A stretch of DNA of 61,901 nucleotides from a virus (IMGVR_UViG_3300022918_000013:1-61901), one strand, 5' to 3'; positions 38,092-47,505 are shown, counted from the first letter of the stretch. Notes: a model not told the origin generated them from the letters alone. Translations and numbers: made by a program.

Positions 38092-38886
38092 TTAACCAAT
38101 AAAACCATCCCAATCTTCCAATGCATTTGCAAGCATCAGGGTAGGCACGTCAGCAAGTGACTTGTATTGAGTTTTCCTTATTTCACAGAAACGCTCAAGA
38201 GCCCACCCTTGAGTTTTGTCCTGTTCATTTAAGAACAGAATAAAAGTTTGGAGTGGTGTCTCCTCGGGTTGCTCTTGATTTGTGGCCGCTGGCTCCTCAA
38301 GCGTTGGCGCGACATCAAACGATAGCGGCTTTTGCGGAGTCACGTCTTGAGCGTTATTCACACGGTCGGCTTCATCTTCGTCGTAGATGCCTGAGAATCC
38401 AAAAGCGATACGCACAGCTTGGCAGAATGCTTTGTGACGGAGCATTCGGTGTTCCATTTTCCATGGGTCTGTGTTGCGTTTGCATTCGTCCAGATATTCA
38501 GTAATCCTGATTGGATGCCCGCGATCTTTGCGATAGACCACGCAGGTGCAGGAAATGAGTTTCGTGCCTGCGTGTTCCCATTCAAAATCCACTCCATCCA
38601 TTTGCGGATGTGAGTTGGCTAGATTTGCCCATCCGTCCACAGAGACCACCGGGACAATGCCGCCGCCCTTAGCAGGGAAAGCATAAATCTCTTTTGTTAG
38701 GGGGTTAAGATTATAAGCGTTTGCAACGATGACGAGGGCTTGTAGTTCCTCATTATTTCGAGCGGCGGCAAACACAGTTGCCTTGAGCGTATCAAGCAGT
38801 TTAGCTGGATCTGCATTAAACCGAGCCGCCATTACGGTTAAGGGGCTGACGCGGGGGGTATTTGTTTGTGTGGTTATTTGGCTCAT
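38092..38886 (-). CDS. bet: Lambda Bet/RecT single-strand annealing protein
   Basis: LNPLTKEIYAFP, VVSVDGW, RMLRHKA, AFGFSGIYDEDE. Confidence 0.92.
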   Translation of the reverse strand: MSQITTQTNTPRVSPLTVMAARFNADPAKLLDTLKATVFAAARNNEELQALVIVANAYNLNPLTKEIYAFPAKGGGIVPVVSVDGWANLANSHPQMDGVDFEWEHAGTKLISCTCVVYRKDRGHPIRITEYLDECKRNTDPWKMEHRMLRHKAFCQAVRIAFGFSGIYDEDEADRVNNAQDVTPQKPLSFDVAPTLEEPAATNQEQPEETPLQTFILFLNEQDKTQGWALERFCEIRKTQYKSLADVPTLMLANALEDWDGFIG

Positions 38887-39515
38887 GATTCAGGAAGTGA
38901 ATGTATAATTGCTTGATCTAATGGCATTTCCCTTTTGAGGAAAAAATGACGGAGAGAGTGATATTTTACTTTGTTTGCTCTAGCTATTTCGATGATGGAT
39001 AATGGCTTGCCATCCCATATAAATTTTAACGTCAACCTTCGGTTACTTGCCTGCTGTTGAGCAGTAGCCCACCTGCAATTCCCTGGCTCGTAGTTACCGT
39101 TGTTGTCAATACGGTCAATAGAGTAATCAGCGCTCGGACACTCGCCCATATCGGCGAGGAAACATGAAAATGAATGCCACTCTTTGCACACCTGTATGCC
39201 TCGGCCTCCATATCTTGAGTAATGAGGCACTGATGGGTTTAAACAGCGCTGCTTCATATTAACCCAAATATTAAAAGTACGAGTTTGACTCATCTTGTGA
39301 GAGGATCTGCGTTGGCTTACCATTTCCCTGCGTTTACACCCGCATGATGTAGTTCTGTCCATTAAATCAGATCGGTGGATCTCTTTAATAGTTCCGCAGT
39401 CACATTGACATACCCAAGTAGGCTGGTGTTTCCCTGATCGGACTTTTCCGGCCCCCTTTTTTAAAACTAAAAGTCTTCCAAATCGGAGTCCGGATAGGTC
39501 TCTAGGTGTTTTCAT
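38883..39515 (-). CDS. HNH homing endonuclease
   Basis: FGRL, CQCDCG, SCGC, YGGRGI, IDRIDNNGNYEPGNCRWAT. Confidence 0.88.
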   Translation of the reverse strand: MKTPRDLSGLRFGRLLVLKKGAGKVRSGKHQPTWVCQCDCGTIKEIHRSDLMDRTTSCGCKRREMVSQRRSSHKMSQTRTFNIWVNMKQRCLNPSVPHYSRYGGRGIQVCKEWHSFSCFLADMGECPSADYSIDRIDNNGNYEPGNCRWATAQQQASNRRLTLKFIWDGKPLSIIEIARANKVKYHSLRHFFLKREMPLDQAIIHSLPES

Positions 39516-39639
39516 TTCGCTTTTTCTTGTTAATTAATTGCATTCGCTTTCGACGTTTTTCCAACTCTTCTGGGGTAAAGGATTTTGACTTCCCTTTACC
39601 GAGCTTCCCGAGGGCTGATGCATTTTGGTTCTTCTTCAT
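39502..39639 (-). CDS. 45-aa basic protein (not in ORF track)
   Basis: MKKNQNASALGKLGKGKSK... Confidence 0.55.
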   Translation of the reverse strand: MKKNQNASALGKLGKGKSKSFTPEELEKRRKRMQLINKKKRNENT

Positions 39640-39714
39640 ATTCGATATACGCTTATCGTGCAAGTACTATTTTAATCAACTGCTTTTTGGGTGCTAAGTT
39701 GATTTTGAGACATG

Positions 39715-39918
39715 TTATTTCTTGGAGGGTGAAGGTTTATTGTAAACGAACAGGCCGCTCTTGAGCATCATGAGGATGATTGAACCTGAGTAATTGATAA
39801 TGAAAGCAGCGGGGCGAGCTTTAGCAAAGCTGCGTAAAGTTGGGCAGAACACAGACTGCTTTGAGTCTCTTGCCGCCGCCAAATCGGCCAGTGTGTGGAT
39901 TTGAGAGCCTTGAGACAT
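39715..39918 (-). CDS. Hypothetical protein
   Basis: ORF in the early gene chain. Confidence 0.55.
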   Translation of the reverse strand: MSQGSQIHTLADLAAARDSKQSVFCPTLRSFAKARPAAFIINYSGSIILMMLKSGLFVYNKPSPSKK

Positions 39919-40148
39919 GATGTTAGGCTTGCGGGGTTGTTACTTTACTTCGTTGAGAGGGTTGTTGACACCTTTTTGGTAGCCTAGGCGGTAGGCGCGC
40001 TCTTGAGCTTCTGCAATTGCTCGCATTGTCTGCTTGTGAATCCGGCGCTCAGTCCGGAGATAGCATAGGAACCAGATTACGCTCATAGTTAGGGAACCGC
40101 AGAGGAAGCATAGCACTTGGTCGTTGGTGAATCCGAAGATGGTGGCGA

Positions 40149-40886
40149 TCATCCCAACTTCCCTCCTTTCGGCTTCGAGCATGGGAGCCATTCGGTCGTG
40201 TTGGGGAGGAGGATTTCCCATCCGGCAAAAGCGTTTTGCCAAGTAACTGGGATATGTCCGGTTCTCCCAAGGATAGCAATACCTTCATCACTTACTGAGA
40301 AGATAATAAACCAAACACTTTGTCCTTTGGCTCGTAAACAGCTCCCAGGCGGCACATCCTCCGGCTCCAAGTTAACAAGCTCTGGCTCTGAGGTGATTGG
40401 GCGACGGCCTTTGCAATAGCCCCCGAAAACTTCACCTATCATGTTGGCGGGAATTTTATCAAAATCCTCAACCTTCTTACTGCCCCACTCATCCCCCTCC
40501 TGCCACACGTCCACGCCGGGAGTCAGGTCGCGGTAGGTCTTTTCTTCCGTGTGGTAATCAATGGTGCTTGTTTGGTTCGCTGCCTTCCGCTTCTCATGCT
40601 CGGCTACTACGGCTTTTACTGTTCTCTCCCATTCGCCCTTAAATAAGCTGCTAGACCACTTTTCTGTTCCAACCATGCGGAACGCTTCAAACGCCACCTG
40701 CCCCAAAGTCTTGACCTCGGGAGTCGGCTTGATGCGGATTTTGTAGCCCTTTATGAGAGCTTCTGTAATATCCCCCGCGCCATCATACCAGTCTTTGCAT
40801 TGGTATTCCCACTCAAGATTTTCACGCTTGATCCTCGCGGCAAGCTCCAATTGTTCTGCGGTTTCGGCGATTTCGGTGGGTGTCAT
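40149..40886 (-). CDS. Multi-module hypothetical protein
   Basis: Coupled ORF. Confidence 0.6.
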   Translation of the reverse strand: MTPTEIAETAEQLELAARIKRENLEWEYQCKDWYDGAGDITEALIKGYKIRIKPTPEVKTLGQVAFEAFRMVGTEKWSSSLFKGEWERTVKAVVAEHEKRKAANQTSTIDYHTEEKTYRDLTPGVDVWQEGDEWGSKKVEDFDKIPANMIGEVFGGYCKGRRPITSEPELVNLEPEDVPPGSCLRAKGQSVWFIIFSVSDEGIAILGRTGHIPVTWQNAFAGWEILLPNTTEWLPCSKPKGGKLG

Positions 40887-41270
40887 GGGATTTTGTCTCC
40901 TTTCTTGAGGGTTCCGGCTGGGAACATATCCACAGAGTAATTTTCGTTGATGCGGGATAGACCTGTCATCATTCTTTCTTCTGCGGAATTGCGCTGTTTA
41001 CCATTCTCCTCGTATGAGTGAAGGTTCGCGCCAATGACAGCGGAAACAATACCGCTCTCAATATCGTAAATAACGACATCGTATTTCTTCTCATCTTTGG
41101 TTGTTTTCATACTTCTTGTTTGTCTGTTGGTTCCTTTGCTTTCAAATATTGGTTTTGCATCTCGATTAAATCTTGCTCGGCCATCTGCGCAAATCGAGCG
41201 CGCAAAGGGTGGTCTATCCGTTCTTCTTCCGGCTCGTCTGCTGGACGGTCGCCTATTGGGTGTTCGGTTG

Positions 41271-41663
41271 TCATTCGCCCTCCTCGTACAGTTCTTCGAG
41301 GATGTCAGCGATCTCGGGGAAGGTGAGGTGCAGGGTGTCGTTAACATAGGCTAATAAGCATTGAGGTTCTTGACCCTGTTTATGGACTTTGCACCACATT
41401 GGCAACTGCCCACAGGTTTCGAGAATGGAGTAATTTGGGTTACTGCGGGAAAGGCCCGCACCATTACCAAATCCTCCATCTTTGCCTCCTACAAGCCTTC
41501 CTTGGACTTTAGACAAAACTCCAAGGCAACAATATTTATCTTTTTGGCAAAGATATGTGTAACCTTGCTCATACTCTCCGCTTCTGAGCGCCTTAACCCA
41601 AGCTGTGAGTCCTGGCAGCTTCACTTTTTGGTAGCCTTCAGGCTTTGTTAGGGTGTAGCTCAT
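41271..41663 (-). CDS. Conserved phage protein
   Basis: WVKALRSGEYEQG, YCCLGV, ND..TFPEIAD. Confidence 0.7.
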   Translation of the reverse strand: MSYTLTKPEGYQKVKLPGLTAWVKALRSGEYEQGYTYLCQKDKYCCLGVLSKVQGRLVGGKDGGFGNGAGLSRSNPNYSILETCGQLPMWCKVHKQGQEPQCLLAYVNDTLHLTFPEIADILEELYEEGE

Positions 41664-41836
41664 TTCGATTTCTTGCTAGGGTTGACTGTAGGCAGGCCGC
41701 AAGCCTCAACGATGCGCTCGCTGTAGGATTGGCCCTTGGACTTGCAGAGAGCCGCAAAAGCTCGTTTCTGAAACGGCTTCAGGCGGAATAGAAGGGGGAT
41801 TGCCTTCTCGGATGGCGGGAGTTTGGGGGTGGTCAT
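41660..41836 (-). CDS. 58-aa RHH-like protein (not in ORF track)
   Basis: LLFRLKPFQKRAFAALCKSKGQSYSERI; ATGA overlaps on both sides. Confidence 0.6.
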   Translation of the reverse strand: MTTPKLPPSEKAIPLLFRLKPFQKRAFAALCKSKGQSYSERIVEACGLPTVNPSKKSK

Positions 41837-42114
41837 TGTTTGGCCTCCCGTGCTGCGAGCATTGCGTCTGCGATTTGATATGCTCTTTCTGCCGCTAGAT
41901 GTTCGTTACGATCAGCTAGCCAGCTTGAGCAGCCATCTGCATCAACTGCGGAAACTACACCTATCAAAGCCTGACCGGCGAGCCAGTCGCGCACACTTAA
42001 CCCTCCCTCAGACTGAATTCTGGTAAATGGATTGCTGTAGCTGTCAAATCCAGGGCCGCTAGAGATAACCGGGAAAGCAGGCCCGCCGTCATTTATTGGT
42101 GTTGGTGTATTCAT
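41833..42114 (-). CDS. Conserved phage protein (GGPAFP family)
   Basis: DGGPAFP, RDWLA, AYQIADAMLAAR. Confidence 0.75.
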   Translation of the reverse strand: MNTPTPINDGGPAFPVISSGPGFDSYSNPFTRIQSEGGLSVRDWLAGQALIGVVSAVDADGCSSWLADRNEHLAAERAYQIADAMLAAREAKQ

Positions 42115-42118
42115 TTAA

Positions 42119-42499
42119 TTAATACTCCGTAGAATCGTTTGTTACTTCTTCTGAATCTGGCACTGTGTACCAGTTTGGTTGAAGGTTGTGCTTAGCGATC
42201 CATTCAGACACGATTCTTTGGAGAGAGTCAGTCAATTCCTGTTTTTGCTCTTTTGAGACGATAGGCCAATCTTGAGTATACTCTCCAGAGTACTCTTCTT
42301 GGTTGATTATGGCATCAATAATGGTGTCGGCATCAATGAAGATTTCAGGGGCGCTTGGATAGACGACTTCTCCAACAAAGACGTTAACTCGTTCAGGCCA
42401 TTCGCCAAAAGCTTCAGCAATAGCTTCTTCTTTAGAAGGGAAAGTCCCTGTGTAGGATTCATCATCCCATGAATAGGCATATTTTAGTGTTGTATTCAT
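42119..42499 (-). CDS. Conserved acidic phage protein
   Basis: YTGTFPSKEEAI. Confidence 0.65.
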   Translation of the reverse strand: MNTTLKYAYSWDDESYTGTFPSKEEAIAEAFGEWPERVNVFVGEVVYPSAPEIFIDADTIIDAIINQEEYSGEYTQDWPIVSKEQKQELTDSLQRIVSEWIAKHNLQPNWYTVPDSEEVTNDSTEY

Positions 42500-42616
42500 T
42501 TTGCGAAAAATAAGAGGATGTGCGCGACCGCTGGAGGAGCTAGGATCGCTAGGAGGAGGATTAGGATGGGTTGCATGTTTGTTTTGCGCGTTACAGTCGC
42601 GCCCCTGGGGGTTGAA

Positions 42617-42949
42617 CTAAGCGAGCTTTGCCAATTTCTCCTGAGCTTCGATAAGCTGGTTCTTCCACTGCTGAAGCTTCACAGAGTCAAGGGTGCGCTG
42701 TATACGCTCCCATTCATTCCGGCCGGAAACAGGCTTCGAATCAATTTTTGATTCCAGGGAATAAATAAGAGAAGGAAGCTCCTTCATATCACGGTTGCAC
42801 TTCTCGATACGACGAGAACGGCGACGCGCTTTGTGAGCGATTTCAGCGTCAGTGAGAGCGCCAGAGATAGGCAGCCCAAAGCTAGAATGGCCGTTTGGAT
42901 AGTTGCGGTTTTCGATGCGGCGAATGAAACGATTTTTTGCGTGTGTCAT
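42617..42949 (-). CDS. First gene of the leftward arm
   Basis: ORF downstream of the leftward promoter. Confidence 0.55.
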   Translation of the reverse strand: MTHAKNRFIRRIENRNYPNGHSSFGLPISGALTDAEIAHKARRRSRRIEKCNRDMKELPSLIYSLESKIDSKPVSGRNEWERIQRTLDSVKLQQWKNQLIEAQEKLAKLA

Positions 42950-43004
42950 ATTGCTATGTGTGTTTGATGTTTTGGTTTAACGGTTTGTTTTCCGTTACGA
43001 CCAA

Positions 43005-43032
43005 ATCCTACCGCGCTTTAGAGATAGCGCAA
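43005..43032 (-). promoter_or_regulatory. Leftward promoter
   Basis: TTGCGC-16-TAGGAT. Confidence 0.45.
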
Positions 43033-43412
43033 TCGCGATTTCGTTATTGAGCATGTCAGTTCGGTATGCTCAGGCAAAGTTTATTTCATACTGACTTGGC
43101 ACGGTTCTTGAAGTGTCTAATTGGACGACGATTAGACGGATTTTAGATGGTTGACTTTGGGGGTGGAAAGGCGATTATCAACTCCTCTAGCTCTTCCTGA
43201 GGCCCTTGTGAGTGTCCGCCAAAGACTTTGCTCGCAGGGCTTTTAATGCGTTCGTAGTGTAGGATTGCACATCCCCGACAACGGGAAAGACTTGGTGAAA
43301 CTCCAGGTGGACGCTCCACTTTAAAGGTTCCTTCCCGGTGAAAAGAGGCCATGGGACTCTTCAGAAATGATAGCCGGGGAGGTCATTTAGATTCTGCATT
43401 TCACAATTCCGC

Positions 43413-43440
43413 TTGACCGGGCGGCGGGAGGGTGGATAAT
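43413..43440 (+). promoter_or_regulatory. Rightward promoter upstream of the ncRNA cluster
   Basis: TTGACC-16-GATAAT. Confidence 0.6.
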
Positions 43441-43456
43441 CGGCGCATCACCAATA

Positions 43457-43541
43457 GGTTTTGCGCTGTGGAGCGGTGCAATCCGACCCACTGCAAAACC
43501 GCACTGAGGCCCGGCGTCGCTCCACGACTACGGGCCTTTTT
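43457..43541 (+). ncRNA. C4-like two-hairpin RNA / attenuator
   Basis: GGTTTTGC/GCAAAACC stem enclosing GTGGAGCG; terminator AGGCCCG/CGGGCCT with CGCTCCAC inside it. Confidence 0.6.
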
Positions 43542-43643
43542 GTGTCGGTTTTGCTAGCTCTCAAAGTTTAAGGCTCTAAAAAAGCTCGGAGGTATGAGAG
43601 GGAATCGTTATCAGTTGAGTGATTTGAAAGTAGAGTTGAGCGG

Positions 43644-43714
43644 ACACTTGGAGAAGCATTGGGGACTTCCTGGCCTGTCCGGTTTAGCAGCGGGTTCGAA
43701 TCCCGCCTTGTGTA
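43644..43714 (+). ncRNA. Degenerate tRNA-like element 1
   Basis: Perfect T arm GCGGG-TTCGAAT-CCCGC; D arm GAAG/CTTC; weak acceptor; shortened anticodon arm; no CCA. Confidence 0.55.
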
Positions 43715-43758
43715 GTAGGGACGCCTACACCGCTCAACTCTGCTTTCGGTCATGATTT

Positions 43759-43930
43759 GAAGGAAGATTTCAGGGGCGGCGTGGAATGTAGACACGCAAA
43801 GACAAAGCAGCATGTGCAATGGTCCTCAACAAAGTTGCGAATACGGCGGATACGCCTAGCAGCACGCGAGGCGTCTGGAAGTACTGCCCCCAGCAGGGAT
43901 TGACGAACCTGCCCCCTGAAACCTTCCTTC
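43759..43930 (+). ncRNA. tRNA-mimic element 2 with long insert
   Basis: Closing stem with 17 of 18 pairs; D-like GCGTG/CACGC; T-like GCAGG/CCTGC. Confidence 0.6.
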
Positions 43931-43947
43931 TGTCAGAGTTTGAAGAT

Positions 43948-44087
43948 TGTGTTCTGCGGCGGTGCGAAGAAGTCATACTCACACGCAAGAGCCGATTGAT
44001 CGTCGGTGTGCCCTTTGGTGGATAGACGCGAGAAATCGCCAAGTAAGAAGCCAAAAAGCTGGTGTAATGCCCAGCCCGCAGAACACA
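43948..44087 (+). ncRNA. tRNA-mimic element 3 with long insert
   Basis: 12-bp closing stem TGTGTTCTGCGG/CCGCAGAACACA; T-like GCTGG/CCAGC. Confidence 0.55.
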
Positions 44088-44391
44088 GTTTCCGCTCCAG
44101 TAGAAACGGTACGGAAGGGCCTGACTGAGATTTAAGCCCGCAGCGCACTGGAGCAATCCAGAACCTCGCATCCTTACTCCAGCCGATTCCACCCACGGAA
44201 TCAATTAGATGTGCGCCGTCTGGTTGGATGCGATCCCTTCAGTGGGATGTTGGACCCCTCAGACTCGCTTCCTACGCGAAAGAGATTTCACTAGCACGGA
44301 CTCCTTCAAAGGGAGAAACCGTGCCGTGTTCCTACACCCGCAAGCCTATCGAAAGTAGATCACCCAAACCAACCCAGAGAGAACCAAGATT

Positions 44392-45069
44392 ATGAGCAAC
44401 ACAGTCACATACGAAGGAGAAGCGGGACTTTTTAGCGAACGCCTGAGAGCAAGAGCTGAAGGTTTCATCGTTGGGCAACAGTACCAAGTTCAACAGGCAA
44501 TGAGGGGCACATTTCACACCTCTTATGTCATCGTTGGCAAGCCTGGAACATGGAACTCAGTTCTGTTTAAGGCGAGTGAATCACTGCCGATGATCGACAC
44601 CTATTATCATAGTGCCACCTCAGAGCCACAGCCCAACGTGGTTCAATCGGATTTCTCTGCCACATCGTATGATCCAGGCCCTTCAATAGACTCCTCACCG
44701 GGAGACTTTTCGAGCGGTGGCGGTGATTTTGGAGGAGCCGGGATGGAGATAAAGGAGGGGCTGAATTTTTTAAACCCAGAGCAGTGCAAGTTCGTTCATT
44801 TCGACTGGGTTGTCACAAATCCACCCTGGTCAAAGGTCAGGGAGTTCCTTCAGCGTTCAATGGAGGTAGCGGATAACATCGTCTTCCTTATGACGGTCAA
44901 CCATTGCTGGACAAAAGCCCGTGTGCGCGATGTAAAGCAGGCAGGATTCGGCCTCAAAGAGATACTGCTATGCGATATGCCAAAGGAGTTTCCACAGTCC
45001 GGCTTTCAACTCGGTGCAATGCATTGGCAGCGGGGATGGACCGGAGACATTAAATTGAGCAGTCTGTAA
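44392..45069 (+). CDS. Chimeric ORF: unknown N-terminus fused to a partial N6-adenine DNA methyltransferase
   Basis: DWVVTNPPWS catalytic motif; GGGDFGGAG at the junction. Confidence 0.65.
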   Translation: MSNTVTYEGEAGLFSERLRARAEGFIVGQQYQVQQAMRGTFHTSYVIVGKPGTWNSVLFKASESLPMIDTYYHSATSEPQPNVVQSDFSATSYDPGPSIDSSPGDFSSGGGDFGGAGMEIKEGLNFLNPEQCKFVHFDWVVTNPPWSKVREFLQRSMEVADNIVFLMTVNHCWTKARVRDVKQAGFGLKEILLCDMPKEFPQSGFQLGAMHWQRGWTGDIKLSSL

Positions 45070-45089
45070 CAGACAAAGGAACCAAGATT

Positions 45090-45713
45090 ATGAACAAGCC
45101 TATGGCTAAACTTCAGCTTCATGAAGGGATGCCGATTAAGTGGAAAAATTGGAGAGTTAAAACTTGCCAAACGCAAGAATCCCTCGCAGGATACGCGCCT
45201 ATGACTAAAACTCTAGTAATCAAGGGGCGACTCCCTCTAACCGATCAGCAAGTGAAAATCCTGCGAATGATCGCTCAAGGCAAAGGCTCGAAGCAAATCG
45301 CACAGGAGCTTGGTTGCAGCCCGAAGACGGTCGATGCACACAAGAACTCGATCAAAGATCGCCTAGGCCTCGTAAACCACCGAGAGCTGACCATAGCGGC
45401 ATGCAAACATACTGGCACCAAGGAATCTAACCCCTCATCAATAGAAACTGCTCTTGGTGGTAAAATCTACTGGCGAGACCTTGCCATTCAACTTGCGCAA
45501 GTATGGTGGGAGTTGTCCTCTATTAAAGGAAGTCTCCAACATGGAGAACTGGATGCTGAGGGAACTATGTTTTCGGTAGTCCTTGAGGAACATGGAGGGC
45601 AATGCTTCCACGGGGAAACTCCGCATGATGCTTGGCAAAAAGCTAAAGCGTGGCTCCTATCGCCATCGCGGCGGTCAAGTGGGTCGATGGGAAGTGAACT
45701 GAAGGAGGATTGA
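45090..45713 (+). CDS. LuxR/NarL-type HTH protein
   Basis: LTDQQVKILRMIAQGKGSKQIAQELGCSPKTVDAH. Confidence 0.85.
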   Translation: MNKPMAKLQLHEGMPIKWKNWRVKTCQTQESLAGYAPMTKTLVIKGRLPLTDQQVKILRMIAQGKGSKQIAQELGCSPKTVDAHKNSIKDRLGLVNHRELTIAACKHTGTKESNPSSIETALGGKIYWRDLAIQLAQVWWELSSIKGSLQHGELDAEGTMFSVVLEEHGGQCFHGETPHDAWQKAKAWLLSPSRRSSGSMGSELKED

Positions 45714-46603
45714 TTATGGGACGAGAACTAAAAAGAGTGCCGCTGGATTTTAACCAGCCAATCAACGAAACGTGGCCTGGATATTTGAACCCTCATTGGG
45801 GGAAGGCTAGAAATTGCGAGGCGTGCGGAGGCAGTGGAAGCTCTCCATTTGCTAAACATCTCCAGGATCAGTGGTACGGGAATGCTCCATTCAAGCCTGA
45901 AGACCGAGGGAGTAAGCCGTGGCAACCGGAGGATACCCCTGTATGGAACTTTGCCGCCCGAAACGTCGCTAATGCAGGGCATTTTTATGGCTCTGGCGAT
46001 GCGGCTATCATGCGTGAGGCAAAACGCCTCTGTGAGCTATTCAACGGCCAATGGAGCCATCATCTCAATGCTGATGATGTTGCTGTGCTAGTGGAAGCTG
46101 GCAGGCTGAGTGACTTCACTTCTATTTTCATCCCTGGCGAAGGGTGGAAAAAGAAAGAGCCATTTGTGATGCCGACTCCAGAGGAGGTAAATGCATGGAG
46201 TCTCACAGGTTTCGGGCATGACGCAATCAATCAATGGAAGGTCTGTGGCGCTGAATGTAAACGATTAGGCGAGTCAGAGTTGTGTGATGTATGTAAAGGA
46301 GAGGGTTCTCTATGGGCGTCACCTGGGGATAAGGAGACGGCAGAAAATTGGGAGCGGACTGAGCCGCCTTTGGGAGATGGTTATCAGATGTGGCAAACTG
46401 TAGGGGAGGGAGCGCCTATTTCTCCAGTGTTTGCAACACCAATGGAACTAGCTACATGGCTCAGTCAAAATCCATGGAATGATTGTGACGCGAAAACTTC
46501 CGCTGAGCAATGGATGCGTTTTATTGAGGGTCTAGGATGGGCTCCATCATTCATAGGCGTTAACGGCTCTCTTTTAACCGGCGTGGAAGCTGTAGGAATC
46601 TAA
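45710..46603 (+). CDS. Conserved phage protein with split CxxCxGxG Zn finger
   Basis: MGRELKRVPLDF, CEACGGSG, CDVCKGEG, GYQMWQTVGEG. Confidence 0.75.
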   Translation: MIMGRELKRVPLDFNQPINETWPGYLNPHWGKARNCEACGGSGSSPFAKHLQDQWYGNAPFKPEDRGSKPWQPEDTPVWNFAARNVANAGHFYGSGDAAIMREAKRLCELFNGQWSHHLNADDVAVLVEAGRLSDFTSIFIPGEGWKKKEPFVMPTPEEVNAWSLTGFGHDAINQWKVCGAECKRLGESELCDVCKGEGSLWASPGDKETAENWERTEPPLGDGYQMWQTVGEGAPISPVFATPMELATWLSQNPWNDCDAKTSAEQWMRFIEGLGWAPSFIGVNGSLLTGVEAVGI

Positions 46604-46607
46604 CACT

Positions 46608-46880
46608 ATGACACCTGAACCAGCACCAAACTACGACGGAACCGAGGAATCTTGGCAGGCTTTCCAGAAATGGGCCTTTTGGAATTCCAATCAATGGCAG
46701 AACGCCGTTGAATCGGCCATCTTACTAGACCTTACAGAGGAGCAGAAATACCGAATGCTAGCTGTGACTCTTCAAACAGCCTTAACGACTGCCCAGAATG
46801 CTTTGATTCGACAAGCTCTTATGAGTTCTCCTATTTTTAGGATACCGACAGGAGACAAATCGCTGAAAGCAACATTATGA
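46608..46880 (+). CDS. Hypothetical protein
   Basis: Coupled ORF. Confidence 0.55.
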   Translation: MTPEPAPNYDGTEESWQAFQKWAFWNSNQWQNAVESAILLDLTEEQKYRMLAVTLQTALTTAQNALIRQALMSSPIFRIPTGDKSLKATL

Positions 46881-47119
46881 CCACCAAAGAACTAGAAACC
46901 ATGCCCAAGGCGCTGAGGGAGCTAGCCAGTCAGATCCAATCGCCTGACAACGTTCCGGCCATGTGCCTACGCGATGCAGCGGCGATGATTGAGAGTTTGA
47001 GGATGCAATTAGCCGACGCTTCGGTATCACCCAAAAAAGGAGATTGGATCAATCCAATTCCTGAATGCCTATCAGCCCAGGATATGATTGAAGCCGCTAA
47101 AAGGAGGGATGCGAAATGA
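46877..47119 (+). CDS. Hypothetical protein
   Basis: Coupled ORF. Confidence 0.55.
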   Translation: MTTKELETMPKALRELASQIQSPDNVPAMCLRDAAAMIESLRMQLADASVSPKKGDWINPIPECLSAQDMIEAAKRRDAK

Positions 47120-47505
47120 CCGACCACACAGACCAATGCAACTGCCCGGACTGCACGGAGGCGAGGAAGCCAGACACCAGCTTTGGTCATATCTTTGAAG
47201 CTCCGTGCCATAATGTGCTAGAGCCGGACGGGATTGCCTGTGATGGGGTCCTTATCTTTGGCGCTAATAGCGTGGATGCAGCTTGCGGCAAATGTGGTGC
47301 TAGATGCGGCAGGTTTGTGGCTTTCCATGAGAATCCCACATCGACTGAGGCGAGGAAGGAGGCAGAGGCTTGCAACCACTGGATAGGCGTAGGCTCCATG
47401 CCTGATTATGGTTTCTGGCTTGAAGAAAAGAGTTTTGGTGGAAATAAAAGCAACCTGGATGAGAAATTCACCTTCTGCCCCAAGTGCGGAGAGAAATTGA
47501 TATGA
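47116..47505 (+). CDS. Cys-rich Zn-binding protein
   Basis: CNCPDC, CGKCG, FCPKCG. Confidence 0.6.
   Translation: MTDHTDQCNCPDCTEARKPDTSFGHIFEAPCHNVLEPDGIACDGVLIFGANSVDAACGKCGARCGRFVAFHENPTSTEARKEAEACNHWIGVGSMPDYGFWLEEKSFGGNKSNLDEKFTFCPKCGEKLI

Noticed and set aside
43644-43714. Functional canonical tRNA
   Set aside because: Two T-T mismatches in the acceptor stem, a 5-nt anticodon loop and no CCA.
43568-44204. ORFs across the ncRNA cluster
   Set aside because: No protein-like features; the RRDSNP peptide is simply the reverse translation of a tRNA T-loop.
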